From assembly GCA_007376295.1 (NCBI GenBank), contig VMGB01000001.1, positions 5,030 to 69,029 of the forward strand: 64,000 nucleotides of DNA. The letters are read 5' to 3'. The notes beneath the pieces are model-generated. The model ran no database searches. It was not told where the DNA came from and worked only from the letters and a program-made list of their open reading frames with translations. Positions 57,551 to 64,000 of this stretch are shown piece by piece. Within the stretch, counting starts at the first letter, position 1. Each line of letters starts with the position of its first letter. The position numbers and the translations under genes were made by a program. Source of the stretch: Parcubacteria group bacterium Gr01-1014_13 (GTDB lineage: Bacteria; Patescibacteriota; Patescibacteriia; Magasanikbacterales; GWA2-37-8).

Positions 57551-58666
57551 TTGATTTTAGTAGTAGGAGCTTTTATTTTTGCCTGCATTATCATTTGGTG
57601 GGCCTGGACTGAAACAGTGCATACTATAAAAACCTCTATCGTTTTATCAGGCGATGTGTCGGACAACAAAACAGAATTATTGGCCAGAGAAAAATCGGCG
57701 CTGATAAAAGTTAAAGGACTGTATCTCACAGCCTATTCGGCCGGCAATCCGAAAAAAGTGGATGAAATTATAAGTTTAATCGATAAGACCGAGTTAAACG
57801 CTGTGGTTATAGATATTAAGGATTATAGCGGCAAAGTTTTATACGATAGCCGGGTAAAACTAGTAAATGATTTGAAAATAGATGAAAATCGTTTGGGAAA
57901 TGTGCAGAATTTGATAAAAAAATTTCATGCCAAAAATATTTATGTAATAGCGCGTCAAACTGTATTCCAGGATCCGATTTTGGCAGAAAAAAAGCCCGAA
58001 TGGGCGATAAAAAATAAATCGGGAAATTTGTGGAGAGACCATAAAGGTTTGGCTTGGGTTGATCCGAGCAAAAAAGAAGTTTGGTCGTACAATGTCGCCA
58101 TCGCCAAAGAGGCGATTGGCTTTGGTTTTGATGAAATAAATTTTGATTATGTTCGTTTTCCTTCCGATGGCGATATGTCGCAGGCAGTTTATGCTATTGG
58201 TAATGAAAAAAAATATGAGGTAATGGGTAAGTTTTATCATTTTCTTAATATAAAGCTAGAAGATCAGCCGGCCTGGATATCTTTAGATATGTTTGGCTTG
58301 GTGATGGAAAAGCACGGCGAAGACGATATGCGTATCGGACAAAGATTGGCTGATGCCGTGGGTGAAGTCGATTATATCTCGCCAATGATGTATCCGTCGC
58401 ATTATCCCAGCGGCCATTTGGGTCTAACCAATCCGGCTGATCATCCCGCAGCAGTATTTAAACATGGAATGAAGCTGGGCACGCCAAAGTTCGTGGGCAA
58501 ACGCGCCAAAGTTCGTCCGTGGATACAAGCGTTTAATGTGGGTGCTATATATGATGCCGGCAAAATGAGGGCGCAGATAGATGAAATAGAAAAATATCCG
58601 GAAAATGCCGGTTGGTTGGCATGGAACGCAGCAAACAGGTATACAGCTAGCGGATTAAACAAATAA
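57551..58666 (+). CDS. Putative glycoside hydrolase-like TIM-barrel protein (DUF4015/GHL10-like) with an N-terminal TM anchor
   Basis: Pattern KGLYLTAYSAG...LNAVVIDIKD...FDEINFDYVRFP is typical of DUF4015. Confidence 0.6.
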   Translation: MILVVGAFIFACIIIWWAWTETVHTIKTSIVLSGDVSDNKTELLAREKSALIKVKGLYLTAYSAGNPKKVDEIISLIDKTELNAVVIDIKDYSGKVLYDSRVKLVNDLKIDENRLGNVQNLIKKFHAKNIYVIARQTVFQDPILAEKKPEWAIKNKSGNLWRDHKGLAWVDPSKKEVWSYNVAIAKEAIGFGFDEINFDYVRFPSDGDMSQAVYAIGNEKKYEVMGKFYHFLNIKLEDQPAWISLDMFGLVMEKHGEDDMRIGQRLADAVGEVDYISPMMYPSHYPSGHLGLTNPADHPAAVFKHGMKLGTPKFVGKRAKVRPWIQAFNVGAIYDAGKMRAQIDEIEKYPENAGWLAWNAANRYTASGLNK

Positions 58667-58668
58667 TT

Positions 58669-59490
58669 ATGACTTCTTTATATAATATCAATTATTTACA
58701 ACATCTTTGTCAGAAATACGGCCTTATTCCTTCCAAGAAATATGGCCAAAATTTTTTAGTTAACGAAGAGCCGATAGCGGCCATGTTGGAAGCAGGCGAG
58801 ATAAAAAAAGATGATGTAGTAGTAGAAGTTGGTCCTGGGTTTGGGGTGCTTACCTTAGCTCTCTCAGAGCAAGCAAAAAAAGTAATGGCCTTTGAAATTG
58901 AAAAAAAATTAGAATCATATTGGACGGAACAAATATCCAGACATCAGAATATAGAAATTGTTTGGGGTAATATTTTGTATCAGAATGTAAATCTGGAAAA
59001 ATACAAAGTTATTGCTAATGTGCCGTATCAAATCACCTCAAATATTATTCGGAAATTTTTGGAAGCCGAAAATAAGCCTGAATTTATGATTTTAATGGTC
59101 CAAAAAGAAGTGGCGCAAAGAATCTGCGCCAGTCCGGGTGATATGTCGGTATTAGCCGTTTCAGTTCAGTGTTATGCGGAGCCAAAAATAGTTATGAATG
59201 TGCCAAAATCATATTTTTGGCCAGTGCCAGCAGTTGATTCGGCGGTTATAAAAATAAAAAATATAAAATCAGACAAAATCAGCGAAGAATTCTTTAAAAT
59301 TGTCAAAGCCGGTTTTGCCAACCGTCGAAAAATGTTGATTAAAAATTTGGAATCTATAGTTGGCAAAGATAACAAAGCCAAGTTAAAAATTATCTTTAAC
59401 GGGTTGGGAATTAATGAAAAAGTCCGGGCTCAGGAGCTATCCATAGAGCAGTGGCAAGGTTTGGTGCGCCAAATGGAAAGTATGCGGTAG
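58669..59490 (+). CDS. rsmA: 16S rRNA (adenine1518/1519-N6)-dimethyltransferase
   Basis: KKYGQNFLVN, VVEVGPGFGVLT and NVPYQITS. Confidence 0.9.
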   Translation: MTSLYNINYLQHLCQKYGLIPSKKYGQNFLVNEEPIAAMLEAGEIKKDDVVVEVGPGFGVLTLALSEQAKKVMAFEIEKKLESYWTEQISRHQNIEIVWGNILYQNVNLEKYKVIANVPYQITSNIIRKFLEAENKPEFMILMVQKEVAQRICASPGDMSVLAVSVQCYAEPKIVMNVPKSYFWPVPAVDSAVIKIKNIKSDKISEEFFKIVKAGFANRRKMLIKNLESIVGKDNKAKLKIIFNGLGINEKVRAQELSIEQWQGLVRQMESMR

Positions 59491-59550
59491 TTATCCCCAT
59501 GAAGTTTATTTCCGGTTGTGATACAATATATACAACATAGTGAAGTAAAT

Positions 59551-60141
59551 ATGGTAGAGGAACAGGCAAGTGCAGGACTATCAAAAGAACAAAAGATAGG
59601 AGTGATTTTACTATCTGTTTTTTCTGTTTTTGCTATCGGTTTAGGTATTTTGCAAATCAGAAATACGATGTACGCGCCTTTTTCTCTTAGTAAAAAAATT
59701 CCTCCTTTGATTAGGGATGATATAAACAGTACCGAAGCTTTGATGTATCGCGATACTGATAAAGACGGGTTAAACGATTTTGATGAATTGTATGTTTATG
59801 CTACCAGTCCTTATTTGGCTGATACTGATTCTGATGGTCTGGAAGACAAAGCTGAAGTTGATAAAGGTTCAGATCCGCTGTGTGCAGAAGGTCAGAGTTG
59901 TGGCGAAGTGGGTGTGAGTGAAGATGTTTTGCTCGGCGCTCCTATTATTCCTTCCGTCACTTCTACTTTGGGTCCAGAGCCTTCGCCAGAGGATATTAAT
60001 AAAATTTTAAGCGATCCGGCGCAGGTCCGCAAGATATTATTGGATTCAGGTTTGGATAAAAAAATAATAGACGCAACTTCCGATGCTGATTTGATGAAAA
60101 TGGTAAAAGATATTCTAAGTGCTAGTAGCACTGAGCTATAA
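59551..60141 (+). CDS. Membrane-anchored protein with TSP3-like DxDxDG calcium-binding repeats, the fourth member of this type in the window
   Basis: TM segment IGVILLSVFSVFAIGLGIL, then DTDKDGLNDFDE and SPYLADTDSDGLEDKAEVDKGSDPLC. The start is taken at the ATG at 59551, downstream of an extended -10 element TGTGATACAAT. Confidence 0.55.
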   Translation: MVEEQASAGLSKEQKIGVILLSVFSVFAIGLGILQIRNTMYAPFSLSKKIPPLIRDDINSTEALMYRDTDKDGLNDFDELYVYATSPYLADTDSDGLEDKAEVDKGSDPLCAEGQSCGEVGVSEDVLLGAPIIPSVTSTLGPEPSPEDINKILSDPAQVRKILLDSGLDKKIIDATSDADLMKMVKDILSASSTEL

Positions 60142-60146
60142 AGTTT

Positions 60147-63100
60147 ATGCCTAAGTTTCAAAAATTTGCAATTAAAATTTTAGCAGTAATTTTTATTTTT
60201 GTAACTGTAGTCGGCTCCCTTTCTTCTGCTCAGCCAGCCCAAGCACTTCTTCCGGTGGCAGTTGTTGCTGATGCGCCGACGATAGGTTTTAGAATACTTG
60301 ATGTAATTAAAGAATTTTTAAAAACTGCCACTGTAAGCATAGTCGTTCAATCTGCTTCATATATTATGCGCCGGGTAGCATATGATTCAGCGGTTTGGTT
60401 AGCCTCGGGAGGTAAAGGAGAAACGCCATTTGCTCACCAAAAAGATTTTGGCAGTTACCTAAAAGACGTCGCTGACAACACAGCCGGAGTGGCCATAGAT
60501 GCTTTGGGCGCGCCGTATGGTTTAAATTTGTGTAAAATCCCTGATCCAAAAATTGATTTGGCCATGCGTATTGGTTTGACCAATAAATTTATGGATATAA
60601 ATCAGACACAGGGTGTGCTGAAACCAAATTGTACCTGGTCGAGTTTTCAAAAAGATGTTTTAAGCACCGATAATTGGAAGAGCCAATTCGGTAGCACAGA
60701 CGATATAGCCAAAAAATTTAACGTGGCCTTTTCTGTAGAGCAGAGTGATGTCGGTATTGTGATGAGCGCCACCGAAAAAATTAATAATTTAGTACTCAAA
60801 CAAACAGAAGCCTCTAAGTTGCAAAGACAGGAAGGCCAGGGCTATAAACCAAAAACAACTCCAATCTCCGGCAACATTGTTACTCCAGCTAAGGATATTG
60901 CTAAAGAGGCAGAGGCAATAAGTCCAAGCGAGCAGCAAAAGAAGGCCGAAAGAAGTTTTGGGGATACTCTTGGCACTGGATTGACTGGAGCTATAGTGCC
61001 AGCGCTTTCACTTTTTGCAAATACCCTGCTCTCCAAAATGGTTGAAAATTACCGCACAAAAGGCATGTTTCCTTTTGGAGTATGTATCGGTGATCATGGA
61101 GATACAAGCTGTAAGTCGCTTCAAGATACTCTTACTAACTTAGAAGGCCAAGTAAGTGTGGGTGGACGTCAGGTGGCTGAAGCTTTGTTTGCTGATTTTC
61201 TTACCCCGCCAAATATACAGGTTGATGAGTATAATGTTTTGGGAAATTTTTCTAGTTGTCCACCTACATCACGAGGACCGGAAAATTGTGTCGCTGATGG
61301 CGGTTTGTCTCAAGCGGCTCAGGAAACAAATATTGGCAAGCCAGTTACGGTTGCGGAAGCTTTGGCCAAAAATTGGCTGCATGGGGATTGGAAATTAATT
61401 CCTCCCGAACGTGCTGCTGATCAAACGGACATGAATTGCTATCAAAGAGCTTACTGCTATGCCAATATTGCCAAGTTGCGTAAAGCCAGAGTTTTACCAC
61501 TAGGTTTTGAAATTGCGGCTTTAAACAGCAATCCGGATACTCCTTGGACATTAAAACAAGTCGTGGAAGGTTTTAATGATTGTAATTTTATAAAAGATAT
61601 AAATGGAAAAGTGGTAGGGGTAGATAATGATCCTATAAACAAACCTTTTTGTCATTTAATTGATCCGAACTGGGTATTAAAAGCGCCGCCATCAAAATGT
61701 AATTTTTTGGCCTTTGGTTCTTCGCCGTTCTTTAATGCGGCGCCAAACCGCGCTCAAGAATGCACTGACTTAAGCACTTGTGTGGCTTATGATAAAAATG
61801 GCAATTGTTCAAACCAAGGTTACTGCACCAGAGAACGCAATGTCTGGAAAATAGATGCGGCCAAATGCGATTCCCAATTTCGTACTTGCCGGTCGTTCCA
61901 GGATATTAATGGCAAGACTGTAAGTTATCTTTATCGCACTCTTGATACTGGTTATTGTACTCAAGACAATGTTGGTTGCGCTGCGTATAGTTTAAAACAG
62001 GATAATTCTGGAAATTGGACAGGCTATTCCAAGAACGATATAAATATTGGTGAGAATTCAGCTATCTATTTAAATAACAAAATTTCAACAAATTGTTCCG
62101 TTGGTTCTGATGGTTGTTCGTCTTTCCAAACAGCCAGTACATCAGATCAGCTATACTTACGCCAAGCCCCGTATTATTTAGGATGCTACGATACAAACAC
62201 CGCTACACTAGCAATAGATTGGCCTCAAAGTACTTCTGATCTTAGCAGATTAACTGAAAATCCAAAATGTGATAGTTATTCGTCTGTCTGTATTCCTAGT
62301 GAAGTAAATTGTAATTGGTATGAGCCGGTCAGTTATGCCGGAGATAGTATTCCGGGTAAGTTTGAGCCAGCTAAGATTGTGGAGAGTCAGATAGTTTGGA
62401 ATGATCAATGTGACAAAAGATGTGTTGGTTACGCTGGTTACCGAGAAATGCCAAGCAACTATTCTGATGGCCGAGCTTTAGCTTATATCATCCCATCCTC
62501 AGGTTCAAAATGTAGCGCTGTCGACGAAGGTTGTGCCAGTTTTACCAACCTAAGCGCTACTGTGGGCGGATTAGAAAAAGTAGAACATTATTCTTACTTG
62601 CGTCCTTGTATTTTGCCAGACGAAACCAGACAGAAAAATTTCTATACTTACGAAGGATCAGTAGTGGGTGGTTACCAATTAAAAGGATTTATTTTGGAAA
62701 AAGACACCGATGGCAGTCCTAAATATTTCTATCGCACTAACGAAGATTTGCTTAACTATAACGCCACTTGCAGTGAAGCTTTGTATAAGCAAGGTTTATC
62801 TAGTCCGGATTGTCGTCAGTTTAATGATGACAAAGGAACTGTATACTACAAATTATTGTCAAAAACTATTGCCGTTTCTGGTTCCTGTACGCCGTATAGA
62901 TTAAATGATACTGAGTTGCGTCCGGTAAGTTTAACGCAAGCGCAATGTACTGCTCAAAAAGGATTCTGGGATACTACACAAAACAAATGTAGTGTTTGTT
63001 TCCAAAACGGTGAGTATCGAGACGGACAATGTTTCTATAATGGTCTGCCTAGTGGTGTAGCAAATACAGCAGGAAGTAGTAATGGCTGCGCACCGGAAGT

Positions 63101-64000
63101 AAATACTTGTCGCGCTTACAAAGGCAATGCAGGCAATAATGTTAGAAATATTTTTAGTAATAATTTTGAAGGAGCTTCCGCCTCTGCCTTAGAAGCCTGG
63201 GAACCAGTTGCAAATATTTCTCAGTCTTTGGAATCTACTCATGCTGGCGAACATTCTTTGTCATACAATAGTTCCGGAGCTTCCGCTCTCTCCAAAAATT
63301 TATCTTTAAATCCCGGCCAAAGTTATGATTTGAGTTTTTGGGCTAAAGGCAGCGCTGGAGCCAGTGTTACAGTCACTTTAGACAACGGCACGGCTTCGAC
63401 TTTGGGAACAGTGAGTGTGGGTGATGTTTGGCAGTTTTATCACTTAGGGCCAGTAGAATTTGGTGGAAATACCAGTACCGCACAACTTAAATTTACTATC
63501 AATGGTCAATTATTCTTGGATAATGTCAGTCTAAAAGAGGTGGCAGATTATATTTATCTGGTTAAAAACACTTTAAAAGTTGATCCGGTTTGCGATAGTA
63601 ATTTAACCGATAATTTACCAGGCGAAGCTTTGGGTTGTTCCGAATACAAGACTTCCGATAACAAGCCTATCTATCTTACCAAGTTCAATTCTCTTTGCCG
63701 TGAAAAAGCGATTGGCTGTACTGCGCTTTATGATACGCGCAAGACTCCGGATGAACCTGGTCCACGCGCTTACAATGTTTGGTTGGCAGGAGTAGCTGGC
63801 AACAGCATTACCAAAACTATTGGAGATCAGGATTATACTTGTCAGGTTCCAGTAGGTCAGTATGGTTGTTATGTAAATGTTGTTGGTTCAACCTTAGGCG
63901 AAATTGTGGCCAGCGGCGGAACTATCGTAACTTCTACTATTTTTGTTCAGCCAGATACTTCTTCTACTCTGCCTATTTATTTAGTTGCTAACCAACAAGC
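60147..64000 (+). CDS. Giant secreted Cys-rich protein, 5' part only (more than 1284 aa; runs off the window) with a CBM4/9-like carbohydrate-binding module
   Basis: Open frame from the ATG at 60147 to the window end, verified codon by codon. Signal peptide MPKFQKFAIKILAVIFIFVTVVGSLSSAQPAQA. Many spaced Cys. At nt about 63150-63545 the block NFEGASASALEAWEP...HAGEHSLSY...GQSYDLSFWAKG...LFLDNVSL resembles CBM_4_9. Confidence 0.7.
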   Translation, partial: MPKFQKFAIKILAVIFIFVTVVGSLSSAQPAQALLPVAVVADAPTIGFRILDVIKEFLKTATVSIVVQSASYIMRRVAYDSAVWLASGGKGETPFAHQKDFGSYLKDVADNTAGVAIDALGAPYGLNLCKIPDPKIDLAMRIGLTNKFMDINQTQGVLKPNCTWSSFQKDVLSTDNWKSQFGSTDDIAKKFNVAFSVEQSDVGIVMSATEKINNLVLKQTEASKLQRQEGQGYKPKTTPISGNIVTPAKDIAKEAEAISPSEQQKKAERSFGDTLGTGLTGAIVPALSLFANTLLSKMVENYRTKGMFPFGVCIGDHGDTSCKSLQDTLTNLEGQVSVGGRQVAEALFADFLTPPNIQVDEYNVLGNFSSCPPTSRGPENCVADGGLSQAAQETNIGKPVTVAEALAKNWLHGDWKLIPPERAADQTDMNCYQRAYCYANIAKLRKARVLPLGFEIAALNSNPDTPWTLKQVVEGFNDCNFIKDINGKVVGVDNDPINKPFCHLIDPNWVLKAPPSKCNFLAFGSSPFFNAAPNRAQECTDLSTCVAYDKNGNCSNQGYCTRERNVWKIDAAKCDSQFRTCRSFQDINGKTVSYLYRTLDTGYCTQDNVGCAAYSLKQDNSGNWTGYSKNDINIGENSAIYLNNKISTNCSVGSDGCSSFQTASTSDQLYLRQAPYYLGCYDTNTATLAIDWPQSTSDLSRLTENPKCDSYSSVCIPSEVNCNWYEPVSYAGDSIPGKFEPAKIVESQIVWNDQCDKRCVGYAGYREMPSNYSDGRALAYIIPSSGSKCSAVDEGCASFTNLSATVGGLEKVEHYSYLRPCILPDETRQKNFYTYEGSVVGGYQLKGFILEKDTDGSPKYFYRTNEDLLNYNATCSEALYKQGLSSPDCRQFNDDKGTVYYKLLSKTIAVSGSCTPYRLNDTELRPVSLTQAQCTAQKGFWDTTQNKCSVCFQNGEYRDGQCFYNGLPSGVANTAGSSNGCAPEVNTCRAYKGNAGNNVRNIFSNNFEGASASALEAWEPVANISQSLESTHAGEHSLSYNSSGASALSKNLSLNPGQSYDLSFWAKGSAGASVTVTLDNGTASTLGTVSVGDVWQFYHLGPVEFGGNTSTAQLKFTINGQLFLDNVSLKEVADYIYLVKNTLKVDPVCDSNLTDNLPGEALGCSEYKTSDNKPIYLTKFNSLCREKAIGCTALYDTRKTPDEPGPRAYNVWLAGVAGNSITKTIGDQDYTCQVPVGQYGCYVNVVGSTLGEIVASGGTIVTSTIFVQPDTSSTLPIYLVANQQ

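Overview
The window is AT-rich (about 35-40% GC), gene-dense and almost entirely coding. It has short genes, few Shine-Dalgarno sites and sigma70-like TTGACA/TATAAT promoters. The gene content looks like a Candidate Phyla Radiation (CPR/Patescibacteria, Parcubacteria-like) bacterium using the standard genetic code: RF2 is present and TGA/TAA/TAG all serve as stops. The CPR assignment is inferred from the ribosomal S21 gene, a split ComEC and pilin-headed giant proteins. Recognisable housekeeping genes are lepB (partial), hisS, rpsU, ybeY, dgkA, ftsA, ftsZ, nrdR, pyk, glyA, an Elp3-like radical-SAM/GNAT gene, greA, infB, trxA, leuS, nusA, yidC, groES/groEL, prfB, tsaC and rsmA. Surface-glycan genes are also present: two GT4 glycosyltransferases, an O-antigen-ligase-like protein and a DUF4015 glycoside-hydrolase-like protein. 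The main unusual feature is a co-directional array at 2.1-16.9 kb lying between rpsU and ybeY. It holds two tandem giant secreted proteins (673 and 2257 aa) that share a duplicated N-terminal TrbC/VirB2-like pilin module fused to Ig-like, IPT/TIG and Cys-rich (CGNG...GE.CD, DUF4215-type) repeats. A third 1165-aa secreted protein in the array carries a LamG-like domain, and three small membrane-anchored proteins carry thrombospondin-type-3-like DxDxDG calcium-binding repeats. A fourth DxDxDG-repeat protein and a second giant Cys-rich secreted protein with a CBM4/9-like domain sit at the 3' end (59.5-64 kb, running off the window). Three short GC-rich compositional islands (about 50-58% GC) carry hypothetical genes, each with its own promoter and terminator. 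Two of these genes are paralogs whose duplicated unit includes the downstream terminator. ComEC is split into separate channel and metallo-beta-lactamase-domain genes. No rRNA, tRNA or CRISPR was seen. Several rho-independent terminators and promoters could be read directly from the sequence.
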